The position numbers and the translations under genes are program-made. The notes under the pieces are model-generated. The model saw only the letters and a program-made list of their open reading frames with translations, was not told where the DNA came from and did not search any database. Positions 1 to 9,934 of a DNA stretch of 64,000 nt are shown in pieces (the first letter of the stretch is position 1; each line of letters begins with the position of its first letter). Source of the stretch: an uncultured Gemmatimonadales bacterium (GTDB lineage: Bacteria; Gemmatimonadota; Gemmatimonadetes; Gemmatimonadales; GWC2-71-9); assembly GCA_963728915.1 (NCBI GenBank), contig CAVSLV010000002.1, positions 384,001 to 448,000 on the forward strand. Direction: 5' to 3'.

Positions 1-673
1 GCGCCCCTTCTCTGAGCCGCTCGCCAGCGGGGGCGGTGGCGAGGAGCAGTCCGACCTGCTCGATCGCTGCGTCGAGCCGCTCGACGATCCGCTCGGTCTG
101 AATCGGACCGTCGTCTTCTTCGGGAAAGTCGATGTCGTAGGAGAAGAGCGCCAGCAGGTCCAGCAGGCGTTCCCGGAGCTCCTGCAATCGGCGCGAGAGG
201 CCGCCATCGAGCTGATAGAGCGCTGCTCTTGCCTGGGCCGGCGCACTTGCGTCGATCAGATCCCCGATGGCCTCGGCTTGCAGCAGATCCAGCTTCCCGT
301 GCAGGACGGCTCGGCGAGTGAATTCGCCGGGTGCGGCCGGGCGAGCCCCTGCGGCATGGAGCGCCGAAAGGATCTGGGCCGGGACCATGAGCCCGCCGTG
401 GCTGGCGATCTCCACCAGGTCTTCTCCGGTGTAGCTCTCCGGATTCCGGTAGAGGGTGACGATGGCCTGATCGATCGGCACGCCATCGGGTCCGACCACC
501 CGGGCGAGCGTGGCGCGGCGTGCCTCGAGGGATGAGAGGGAAAGCGGTTGCCCACCAGGGCGTCGAATCACCCGCTCTGCCGTTTCGATGGCGCCCTGCC
601 CGGAAAGCCGGATCACCGCGATGCCTGACCGGCCCGGCGTAGTGGAGAGGGCGGCAATCACGTCGCCGAGCAA
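1..673 (-). CDS. mnmE: tRNA modification GTPase MnmE (N-terminal part; runs off window)
   Basis: Manual translation from TTG at 673 gives LGDVIAALSTTPGRSGIAVIRLSG...SYTGEDLVEIASHGG...GEFTRRAVLHGKLDLLQAEAIGDLI, the MnmE N-terminal motifs; follows yidC. Confidence 0.95.
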   Translation of the reverse strand, partial: MLGDVIAALSTTPGRSGIAVIRLSGQGAIETAERVIRRPGGQPLSLSSLEARRATLARVVGPDGVPIDQAIVTLYRNPESYTGEDLVEIASHGGLMVPAQILSALHAAGARPAAPGEFTRRAVLHGKLDLLQAEAIGDLIDASAPAQARAALYQLDGGLSRRLQELRERLLDLLALFSYDIDFPEEDDGPIQTERIVERLDAAIEQVGLLLATAPAGERLREGA

Positions 674-675
674 GG

Positions 676-2379
676 CTAGCGCCCCTTTCTGTCGCCCTTC
701 CTTGCGGGAGCAGGAACCGGCGGCGCCGCGATTCCCCGGCGGCGACGTTCCTTGACGAGCATCCACTGCTGGGGAAGGCTCGCCAGGTTCATGACCGCGT
801 AGTAGAGATTGAGGCCGGAGGCGAACCGGAGAAACAGAAACGTCATGAATCCCGGCATCAGGTACATCATCATCTTGGTCTGGGGATTGGGCGGCATCCC
901 CCGGGATCCGATCCAGCTCAAGAGAAACATCGAAAGGCCCATGAAAACCGGGATGACGTAGGTCGGATCGGGTCGTGACAGGTCGGGCAACCAGAGGAAC
1001 GACGCTCCCCGAAGCTCGATGGTGTTCTGAAAAACGAAGAAGAAGGCGATCAGAATGGGCCATGGCAGGAGCATCGGCCAGCACCCGCCGAACGGGTTCA
1101 CGTTGTGTTCTTTGTAGAGCTTGAACATCTCCTGCTGCTGCTTCTGGGGCTCGCCCTTGTGCTTCTCCTGGAGCTCCTTGATCATCGGCTGGATCGCCTG
1201 CATGGCCATGGTGGAGCGCATCGCCTTCTGATTGAGCGGCCACAGCAGAATGCGGATCGCGACACCAAAGAGGATCAGGCCGAGGCCGTACGCGAGCCCG
1301 AGGCGATCGTGCAACCACACCAGCAGCGAGCGCGCCCCCAGCGCGACTGGACGAATGATCGTACGGATCCCCGGCCAGCCGTAGGGGTTCACATCGTCGA
1401 AATCGTGGCCGATGGCGCGGAGCCGGGGATATTCCATCGGGCCGGCATAGACCTGATAGTGGAAGGCGCCGCTCGGGGCCACCGGAAGCCCGATCCGGAT
1501 GGTCGCCACGGTCGGGGTACGGTGAAGCACGTCATCGGTGAGGGCACTCCCGCCGCTGATCCCGCCCAGGCGCCCGGTCTCCAGGGTGTCGAGCGCCAGG
1601 ACCGCCGTCATGAAGTACTTGGACTTCACCGCCACCCATTCGAACGGTCCGCTGAACAGGACCGGCTGCCCCGGCTTGAGTCTGCCGAAACGAGTCAGGC
1701 TCGCCTTGCCATCCTTGACGACGACGCCGAGCTCCCGGAAATGCTCGACGCTGTCGGCCTCGCTGTTCCGGAGGCCGGGACCCATCCCGAGAAGAAGGGT
1801 TCCTCCCTCGACCCCGAGACCCCGGACCTCTCCGACCGCATCGAACAGATACCGGTCGGGCTCGAAGGTGTACGTGACCGAAAGCCCAACCCCGCGCTCT
1901 TCGGTGGTGAAGGTGAGGGAGGTCGGCCCGGAAACGTTGAGCGACCTGGACGACGGGACGAATGGACGGTCACGGAATGTGATGGTGTCGCGCCCGACCA
2001 TGAGACCGGGAGACAGCAGATCGCTCTCGGGTCGGAGAATCTGGGCGTGCTGGCCCCGCTCGTCCGGACGCATCGACGGATACTGCTTGAGCTCCGCCGA
2101 GATCATCCGGGCGCCGCGGGTGCTGAAGCGGAACCGGTAGATCGGGCTCTCCACCACGACCGTGTCTTCCGGAGCGGCGGGCGCGGCGGCGGAGGCCGGC
2201 GGCGCGCTGGGAGGCGCGACGGTTTGAGGTGTGACCGGGCGGAGGGTGTCGGCTGAGGGCCGCAGCGTCGTGTCGATGACCGCGCCGATCGGGGGTCGGG
2301 CCGGTCGCTTGAGAAACAGCGCCGGGACCACCAGGACGGCCATCATCAATAAGACGGCGAGAATGACTTTGCGATCCAT
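676..2379 (-). CDS. yidC: Membrane protein insertase YidC
   Basis: N-terminal TM, large periplasmic domain, YAGP, NPFGGCWPML, FLWLPDLSRPDP and GLNLYY motifs; canonical rpmH-rnpA-yidD-yidC-mnmE order. Confidence 0.97.
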   Translation of the reverse strand: MDRKVILAVLLMMAVLVVPALFLKRPARPPIGAVIDTTLRPSADTLRPVTPQTVAPPSAPPASAAAPAAPEDTVVVESPIYRFRFSTRGARMISAELKQYPSMRPDERGQHAQILRPESDLLSPGLMVGRDTITFRDRPFVPSSRSLNVSGPTSLTFTTEERGVGLSVTYTFEPDRYLFDAVGEVRGLGVEGGTLLLGMGPGLRNSEADSVEHFRELGVVVKDGKASLTRFGRLKPGQPVLFSGPFEWVAVKSKYFMTAVLALDTLETGRLGGISGGSALTDDVLHRTPTVATIRIGLPVAPSGAFHYQVYAGPMEYPRLRAIGHDFDDVNPYGWPGIRTIIRPVALGARSLLVWLHDRLGLAYGLGLILFGVAIRILLWPLNQKAMRSTMAMQAIQPMIKELQEKHKGEPQKQQQEMFKLYKEHNVNPFGGCWPMLLPWPILIAFFFVFQNTIELRGASFLWLPDLSRPDPTYVIPVFMGLSMFLLSWIGSRGMPPNPQTKMMMYLMPGFMTFLFLRFASGLNLYYAVMNLASLPQQWMLVKERRRRGIAAPPVPAPARKGDRKGR

Positions 2380-2387
2380 GATGTCGC

Positions 2388-2618
2388 TCAGGGAACCGGG
2401 TCGTAGCCGCCGGGATGGAACGGATGGCAGCGAACAATGCGCCGGAGCCCGAGCCAGGACCCCCGAAGGACGCCATATCGATCGACCGCTTCGAGCGTGT
2501 ACTGGGAGCAGGTCGGATAAAAGCGGCAGCTCGGCGGAAGAATGGGAGAGATCACGCGTTGATATCCGCGAATCATGGCGATCGCTGCCACGCGGGGCCA
2601 GCGGAGCGGCGAACCCAT
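2388..2618 (-). CDS. yidD: Membrane protein insertion efficiency factor YidD
   Basis: YQRVISP...[10 protein letters not shown]...[14 protein letters not shown] signature. Confidence 0.96.
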   Translation of the reverse strand: MGSPLRWPRVAAIAMIRGYQRVISPILPPSCRFYPTCSQYTLEAVDRYGVLRGSWLGLRRIVRCHPFHPGGYDPVP

Positions 2619-2622
2619 CGCA

Positions 2623-2964
2623 TCAGCCTGCGCGGGAGCGCCACGCGAGGAGCGCGTGGCGCAGAGAATCGAAGCGGGCCTGGTAGGCGACCCCGCGGGT
2701 TCGAATGACCACGTCCCAGGACGGGACCGTCTGCATCAGCTCCCGTCGCCACAATTCTCTGAGCCTCCGGCGCAAACGATTGCGGGCCACCGCGCTGGAC
2801 TGGAACTTCGGAACGATGAGTCCCATCCTCGAATGGCCCGCCTGATTGTCCGTCCACCACACATCGAGAAGTCCGAAGGATCGGCGGTGGCCCGTCCGCT
2901 GCACTCGCTCGAAGTCCGCTTTCCCATGCAGTCGGGACGAGCGAGAAAACCGCTGGTCCGTCAG
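2623..2964 (-). CDS. rnpA: Ribonuclease P protein component (probable CTG start)
   Basis: RL...[13 protein letters not shown] and [13 protein letters not shown] (RNR motif); homology begins right at the rpmH stop, start codon uncertain. Confidence 0.92.
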   Translation of the reverse strand: MTDQRFSRSSRLHGKADFERVQRTGHRRSFGLLDVWWTDNQAGHSRMGLIVPKFQSSAVARNRLRRRLRELWRRELMQTVPSWDVVIRTRGVAYQARFDSLRHALLAWRSRAG

Positions 2965-3122
2965 CGACCCCCGTGCTTCGAAGGCACCTTCACCGTGAGA
3001 CGCTTGCGGCCCTTCTTCCGGCGGCGCGACAACACTTCGCGGCCCCACCGATCGGCCATTCGAGCCCGAAAGCCGTGCTTGTTCAGGCGCTTGCGATTGC
3101 GTGGTCGATATGTGGGTTGCAT
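2961..3122 (-). CDS. rpmH: 50S ribosomal protein L34
   Basis: [22 protein letters not shown]...[16 protein letters not shown]. Confidence 0.97.
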   Translation of the reverse strand: MQPTYRPRNRKRLNKHGFRARMADRWGREVLSRRRKKGRKRLTVKVPSKHGGR

Positions 3123-3183
3123 GCAATTTCCGGGAATTTTGTGAGCCGGGAAAGTTAGTGACGCGATGCAGCGCCGGTCAAGG

Positions 3184-3212
3184 TTGACTTTTCCACAACC
3201 GCGCCGTAGCTT
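3184..3212 (+). promoter_or_regulatory. Putative dnaA sigma70 promoter with overlapping DnaA box
   Basis: TTGACT (3184-3189), 17 bp, TAGCTT (3207-3212); TTTTCCACA (3189-3197) is a one-mismatch DnaA box, consistent with autoregulation. Confidence 0.7.
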
Positions 3213-3259
3213 CGCACGCCCCAACAACATCCCACCGAACAAAAGAGCCAATAACGGGC

Positions 3260-4651
3260 ATGCAGCTGCCGCTGAAAGAAGCCTGGACCCGTATTCTGGA
3301 CGACGCCCGCCGCGAAGTCCCCGAAAAAGATTTCAAGGCATGGGTCGAACCCGCCAAGCCAGTTTCCCTCGAGAACGATCGCCTGGTTCTGGGCGTTCCC
3401 GACGAATTCGCGGTGCGCTGGAACGAAGAGAAGAACGCGGTGCTCTTTCGCCGTCTCGCCGAGCGTGCCCTGGGACGACCGGTCACGGTGGTCTTCGAGG
3501 TGGATGCGGATCGGCTTCAGCGGCCCCAGATGGATTTCTTCGTAGCCCCGCCCCAGCCGCTGGCCGGGGGGACCGGCGGCGGATCCAACGCGCCAGCCCA
3601 GCCTCTCAACGAACGTTACACCTTCGCGAACTTCGTCATCGGCAAGTCGAACGAGCTTGCCGCGGCCGCGGCACACGCCGTCGCAGAAGCCCCTGGCAAG
3701 CTCTACAACCCCTTGTTCATCTACGGCGCCACCGGCCTCGGCAAGACCCACTTGATGCAGGCTATCGGGCACACAGTGACCCGGCGGAGCCCCGCACTAC
3801 GGGTGCTCTACGTCGGAGCCGAGCAGTTCATCAACGAAGTGATCGAGAGTATTCACTCACGGACCATGCCGGAGCTCAGGCGCCGCTATCGGAACGAAGT
3901 CGACCTCTTTCTGGTGGACGACGTGCATTTCCTGGAAGGCAAGGAAGCGACCCAGGAAGAGTTCTTCCATACGTTCAATACCCTCTATGAGGCCAAGAAG
4001 CAGATCATCCTGACCTCGGATCGCCCCCCCAAGGAGATGCCCGGCCTGGAGGCGCGGCTGGTCAGCCGGTTCGAGTGGGGCATGGTGGCTGATGTGGGGC
4101 AACCCGATCTGGAGCACCGGATCGCCATCCTCCGGAAGAAGCAGGAGCAGGACCACCTGGAAACCACGATTCCCGACGAAGTGCTGAGCTTCATCGCCGA
4201 ATACGTGCATTCCAACGTCCGGGAGCTCGAGGGGTGCATCATCAAGCTCCTCCTCTACGCCTCGCTCCGGCATCGGGAGATCACCATTGACCTGGCTCGG
4301 GAGGCGCTGGCCGACAAGATCCGGCCGGGCCAGGAGCAAGCGACGAACCAGCCCAAGCTGACGCCAACGATCGACAAGGTGCAGGATGTGGTCGCGCGAC
4401 GGTGGGGAGTGACGCCGGAAGGCCTGCGCTCCAAGGCCCGGATCAAGACGCTCACGGTTCCCCGCCAGATCGCGATGTACCTCGCGCGTGAAGTTCTCCA
4501 AATGCAGCTCGTCGAGATCGGACAGGCGTTCGGTGGACGCGATCACTCGACCGTGATTCACAGTGTGGACAAGGTGCAGCGTCAGATTCAGCGCGATCGG
4601 CAGTTCAGGGAACGGGTTGAGTCGGCGCGGCAGGAGTTGTACGCACCATAA
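3260..4651 (+). CDS. dnaA: Chromosomal replication initiator DnaA
   Basis: [35 protein letters not shown] and [11 protein letters not shown]. Confidence 0.99.
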   Translation: MQLPLKEAWTRILDDARREVPEKDFKAWVEPAKPVSLENDRLVLGVPDEFAVRWNEEKNAVLFRRLAERALGRPVTVVFEVDADRLQRPQMDFFVAPPQPLAGGTGGGSNAPAQPLNERYTFANFVIGKSNELAAAAAHAVAEAPGKLYNPLFIYGATGLGKTHLMQAIGHTVTRRSPALRVLYVGAEQFINEVIESIHSRTMPELRRRYRNEVDLFLVDDVHFLEGKEATQEEFFHTFNTLYEAKKQIILTSDRPPKEMPGLEARLVSRFEWGMVADVGQPDLEHRIAILRKKQEQDHLETTIPDEVLSFIAEYVHSNVRELEGCIIKLLLYASLRHREITIDLAREALADKIRPGQEQATNQPKLTPTIDKVQDVVARRWGVTPEGLRSKARIKTLTVPRQIAMYLAREVLQMQLVEIGQAFGGRDHSTVIHSVDKVQRQIQRDRQFRERVESARQELYAP

Positions 4652-4876
4652 TCGCGACGACGCATACCGGTGTTGTGGAGGAGCGGGACAACCGGAGATT
4701 TTTGGGTCAGTCTCCCCATTGCCCACAGAGACTCCGGAAGGCCCGAACGACGCATCCGTGACCGAGGACGAGGGTTGGACGTTGCATCCACATTTCCAGA
4801 CCCTCTACTACGACTACTAGGATAAGTAATTACTAGAAGTCTTTCTTTTTATCCGTCGTTGCCTGGAGCTTTCGCA
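4652..4876. other. oriC: Replication origin oriC (dnaA-dnaN intergenic region)
   Basis: Degenerate DnaA boxes (4674-4682, 4719-4727, tandem 4784-4792/4792-4800), then CTA-CTA-CGA-CTA-CTA DnaA-trio-like repeats (4805-4819) and an AT-rich tract. Confidence 0.85.
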
Positions 4877-5996
4877 ATGAAGTTCACCATCACACGGGAC
4901 AAACTGCACGAGGGCCTGACCGCGGTCGCGTCCAGCGTTCCGGCCAAGACCACACTGCCCGTGCTTGCCAATATCCTGGTTGAGGCCTCCAAGGACGGAC
5001 TGCGCCTTTCCGCCACCGATCTGGACATCGCGGTCAGCACCATCATTCCAGCCTCCGTTGACCAGGAGGGTGCCCTGACCCTGCCGGCCCGGAAGCTCAG
5101 CGAAATCGTCAAGGAATTACCCAACGCCGCGATCCGGATGACTGCTTCGGGCGAGCAACGGGCCCAGATCGAGTGCGGCCGTTCGAAGTTCAAGCTGCTG
5201 GGGCTTTCCCGGGAGGAATTCCCCGCTTTTCCCAGCGTGGAGTTCGAAGGCGGATGGAAGGTCGCTGCCAGGGAGCTCCAGAAGCTCATCGGGCACGTCG
5301 CCTTCGCGGCTAGCACCGAGGAAAGCCGGCCAATCCTGAACGGCGTGCTCTGGGAGCTCAGGCCCGACCGGATGCGGATGGTCGCCACCAACGGACACCG
5401 TCTGGCCCGGATGGACGTCCCCGCCTCGGGGCAAAAAGGCAGCGGGGGCCAGGCGGATCTCGATCATCCCGCCCAAGGCGCTCGAACAGATTCGCCGGCT
5501 CTTCGGGGGAGACGATGAGATCGAGATCGGCCGGAGCGATAACCACCTGGGATTCCGCTCCACAACCACACAGGTGTACACCCGGCTGATCGAGGGCCCC
5601 TACCCCAACTACGAACAGGTCATTCCCCGGGAGAACGACAAGGCTCTGACCGCCGACAAGCAGGCGCTTTCCGGCGCGCTTCGGCGGATGAGCATCGTGG
5701 CGAGCGACCAGACCCACCGGATCCGCATGGCGTTCACCAACGGCGCCTGCAAACTCTCGGTACAGACGCCCGACCTGGGAGAGGCCCAGGAGGAGATCGC
5801 GGTGGCGTACGAGGGCGATCAACTCGAAATCGGATTCAATGCCGCGTACCTGCTGGAGATTCTCAAGTTCATCCCGACCGAAGAGGTCCGGATGACCTTC
5901 AAGGCGCCGGAGCGCGCCGCCACGTGCGAACCGGTGGGCTGGGATGACCCGGCGAGCTACCTGACCCTGGTGATGCCCCTCCGCCTGGTCGACTGA
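4877..5996 (+). CDS. dnaN: DNA polymerase III beta sliding clamp (one +1 frameshift near 5461)
   Basis: LSATDLD, RPILNGV and VATNGHRLA in the first frame; IIPPKAL...RLIEGPYPNYEQVIP, IGFNAAYL and LVMPLRL in the second; removing one base gives about 372 aa. Confidence 0.95.
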
Positions 5997-6936
5997 TCCG
6001 GTTTCCGCAACACCGGCTGGGTATCGGGTCTTGCCGGGGCCGTATCCGTTCTGGGCCTGACCGAATCCGGCTTGAGCGGGATGGTGTCCGGCGCGATGAG
6101 GGTGTCGGGCGCCACCAGCGGTACGAGGAGCGTATCAGGGATGTCGGGAACGGAGGGAATCTCGACCGGCTCGCCGCGTAGCCACCGCAGAATCATGTTC
6201 TGACGCCATCGCATCCGGCCGGGCCGGTAACCCGGATTGGAGCGCAAGGGGAACGGAAGCGTTCCCGCCAGCGCAGCCGATTCTTCCATTGAAAGCTCCC
6301 GCGCGCTCTTCCGGAAGTACTCCCGGCTCGCCGTCTCCGCTCCCCAGATCCCCGGTCCAAACTCGGCGACATTGAGATACAGCTCCATGATGCGATCCTT
6401 CCCGAGCCAGTATTCGAGCCGCCAGGCCAGCAGGGCTTCCTTGATTTTTCGAAACGGGCTTCGCGAGGACGACAGATAGAGATTCTTGGCGAGCTGCTGC
6501 GTGATCGTGCTGGCGCCTCGCAGATCGTCGGGATGCCGGCGGGCTGTTCGGATCGCCTTGAACAGCTCTCGACGATCCCTGGCGCTGGTCCAGGAGAAAT
6601 GGTCAGGGCGATAGCCCAGTGCTTTCCGGAACTCGACGAAATCGATTCCTCCATGCTCTTCAAATCGCTGGTCTTCCCCCGCCATCACCGCAGCGGGTAA
6701 GGACTTTGCGATCTCATCGAGGGGTACCGGCTGGTAGCCGGCATGGTAGGATTGACCCGTTCCTCGGCCTCATGCCGCCGCATGGCCATGAACGAGGTTT
6801 CCCGGGGCCAGGTCCAGCGATACCAGATCGGTGGCGGCCAGACCAGCCAGATCCAGAGAAAGAAGAGCAGAAGGACGGCCCCCACCGTGTAAGCGAGGTA
6901 CCGCAACACCACAAGGAGCCTCAGTGGGCGCCTCAT
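5957..6936 (-). CDS. mtgA: Monofunctional peptidoglycan transglycosylase (GT51), frameshifted near 6740
   Basis: N-terminal TM plus TSFM in ORF 6685-6936; EDQRF..HGGID, RGASTITQQLAKNLYL, RKIKE and ELYLN in ORF 5957-6688; YQPVPLDEIAKSLPAAV bridges the two frames. Confidence 0.88.
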
Positions 6937-6943
6937 TCGATAT

Positions 6944-6961
6944 TAGTAGTTGTCACTACTA
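6944..6961. repeat. TAGTAGT-N4-ACTACTA palindrome (motif family copy 1)
   Basis: TAGTAGT TGTC ACTACTA in an AT-rich island just upstream of the mtgA start. Confidence 0.8.
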
Positions 6962-6979
6962 CCTATGAATCCTCTAATG

Positions 6980-7013
6980 GAAAGCCCCCGGCGTCTTTGT
7001 GGGACGCCGAGGG
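6980..7013 (-). terminator. Probable terminator hairpin after rnpB
   Basis: Minus strand CCCTCGGCGTC-CCACAAA-GACGCCGGGGG followed by CTTTCC. Confidence 0.55.
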
Positions 7014-7396
7014 CACGGGCTGGCTCGTAAGCCGAGTTCTGTTCCCTTTGACGGGGATGGTCATCCATCTGGGATGGCCGTCACCGGCCACCTCGAGCAG
7101 CCTACCCGCGGCTCTCCTTCACCGAAGCGAAGATTGGTGTGGGTCACACCTTGCCGCCTATTTGGCCTTGCTCCGACTGGGGGTTGCCGTGCCCCCTTGC
7201 TTACGCTCGGGGCGGTGGGCTCTTACCCCACCGTTTCACCCTTACCGCGGTGCTTTCGCACCTCGGCGGTCTGTTTTCTGTGGCCCTTTCCGTCGCCTTG
7301 CGGCGCCCAGGCGTTACCTGGCAGTCTACCCTGTGGAGCTCGGACTTTCCTCGAGAGAAGCAGGCTTCTCCCGCGACCATCGCAGCCGACCCGTCC
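7014..7396 (-). ncRNA. rnpB: RNase P RNA
   Basis: Minus strand contains GAGGAAAGTCC, GGGTGAAACGGTGGGGTAAGAGCCCACC and AACAGAACTCGGCTTAC; the ends pair to form P1; TAGATT -10 element just upstream. Confidence 0.96.
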
Positions 7397-7541
7397 CGGA
7401 ATCTAGCACCCGAACGCCAAGTCGTCTCGCTGGAGGGCACTTCCTGCGGTTTTGGAGCTCCCGTCCGGGGCTTTCGACCCCCGCCGAGTTTTGAACGGGG
7501 GTTGAGGGCCACGGCGCAGTATGGCGGCACCAGGAGGAATC

Positions 7542-8456
7542 ATGACCGGCGCCCTTGTCGTTCGAACCATAGCTCGCGATCCCGAGCGGGATGCTCCGAC
7601 CGTGGCCGCGGTGGTCGCCCCCGCCGAACGCCCCATGCTCGACGCGGCGGCGGTCGGCAACTTCTCAATCCTGCACCGCAGCTCGGTGCCTGAGGCGGTG
7701 CGTGCGGTGCGGGAACGCGCTGTGGACGCGGTGCTGCTCTCTGCCTACCACTGCTCCGACGAGCGGCCCGACCAGGTCGACGAGCTGGTGCGGAGCTTTC
7801 CCGGTGTGCCCACCGTGGCCCTGGTGACCCGCCACGATCCGAGAATCTCGGAGACGCTTCTGCGTCTGGGCGCGACTGGGATTCGGCAGGTGGTGGACGT
7901 CACCGCGCCGGCGGGGTGGGCCAGGCTCCGGCAGCTGGTGGCCGAACCGGCCACCAGAGGCGCCGCGCGAATTCTTGCCCCGCTTCTCGCGGCCCTGCCG
8001 GGCATTCCCTCGGACTCGCGCCTCTTCCTCGAGGTGCTGGTGCGGGTCGCGCCGGTTACCGCCTCGGTGCGGACGATCGCGCGCCGGCTCCAGCAAAAGC
8101 CCAGCACCTTGATGTCCCGGTTCGTCCGGGCTGGGCTTCCCTCTCCCAAGACATACCTCGCAGCCATTCGGCTGCTCTACGCCGCGCAGTACTTCGAGGG
8201 AGGAGGGCGATCGGTGTCCGACGTGGCCTATCGGCTGGATTGCTCCTCGCCCCAGAGCTTCGGTCGGACGTTACGGGCGATGCGGGGGATCACGCCGAGC
8301 GAATTTCGCCGCCGGTTCCCCTTCCCCGTGGCGATGGAACATTTTCTCGAGAATCTCGTGGTGCCTTACCGGAAGGTGTGGGCGGGATTTCACCCCCTTC
8401 AAGGTCCAGCGCGCCTGCAGGAGTTTTCGGCTGTGGTTACAAACCAATTTCAATAG
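7542..8456 (+). CDS. AraC-type HTH transcriptional regulator with degenerate receiver-like N-terminus
   Basis: SVSDVAYRLDCSSPQSFGRTLRAMRGITPSEFRR AraC signature; AGGAGG RBS before ATG 7542. Confidence 0.8.
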   Translation: MTGALVVRTIARDPERDAPTVAAVVAPAERPMLDAAAVGNFSILHRSSVPEAVRAVRERAVDAVLLSAYHCSDERPDQVDELVRSFPGVPTVALVTRHDPRISETLLRLGATGIRQVVDVTAPAGWARLRQLVAEPATRGAARILAPLLAALPGIPSDSRLFLEVLVRVAPVTASVRTIARRLQQKPSTLMSRFVRAGLPSPKTYLAAIRLLYAAQYFEGGGRSVSDVAYRLDCSSPQSFGRTLRAMRGITPSEFRRRFPFPVAMEHFLENLVVPYRKVWAGFHPLQGPARLQEFSAVVTNQFQ

Positions 8457-8981
8457 TAGTTGTTATTGCAACAACCTTAATATTGGCCCCCGTCTCTATC
8501 GCCGAGCGTCCCCCCTGCTCACGGTCCACCACCGCCAGAACGCCGAGGACTTGCCCACCCTCCCGGCGCACCGCCTGGATGGCCTGGAGGGTGGATCCCC
8601 CGGTGGTGATGACGTCTTCAACCACGACGACGGGGTCTCCGGAGCTGAAATTGCCCTCGATGCCCTTCCCGGTCCCATGCTCCTTGGGCGCCTTTCGCAC
8701 GCTGAACCCCTCGATTTCCGGTGGCGCATCCACGCTCGCCCGCGCGATTGCATACGCGACCGGATCGGCGCCGAGGGTGAGGCCGCCAACCGCGCGGGGC
8801 AGCCATCCGGCTTCCCGAATCAAGGCGAGGCCGAGTCGACCGACCAGGAGCTGCCCCCGGGCGGACATGGTGGTTTTGCGGGCGTCGATGTAGTAGTGAG
8901 AGCGTTGTCCGGAAGAGAGCGTGAAATCTCCCAGTTGGATGGAGCGCTCGCGGAGCAACGCCGCGAGCGACTCCCGATCGG

Positions 8982-8985
<4 letters not shown>
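8437..8985 (-). CDS. pyrE: Orotate phosphoribosyltransferase
   Basis: GDFTLSSGQRSHYYIDAR, VRKAPKEHG and VVVVEDVITTGGS (PRPP-binding motif). Confidence 0.95.
8454..8475. repeat. TAGTAGTTGT motif with GTTGTT-N5-AACAAC palindrome (motif family copy 2)
   Basis: AT-rich island spanning the convergent AraC/pyrE 3' ends. Confidence 0.65.
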
Positions 8986-9887
<902 letters not shown>

Positions 9888-9934
9888 GGGAGGCAGTCCA
9901 AGCTACCGCCGGTGACGAATCCGAACAAGCGTCT

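Noticed and set aside
5455..5470. Programmed ribosomal frameshift in dnaN
   Set aside because: No slippery sequence or stimulatory element visible; a second nearby indel favours sequence error
6619..7693. ORFs overlapping 7014-7396
   Set aside because: The region is the RNase P RNA gene
798..8898. GTAGTAG matches inside yidC (~800) and pyrE (~8890)
   Set aside because: Antisense of Tyr-Tyr codons in GC-rich context with no palindromic partner; not counted in the motif family
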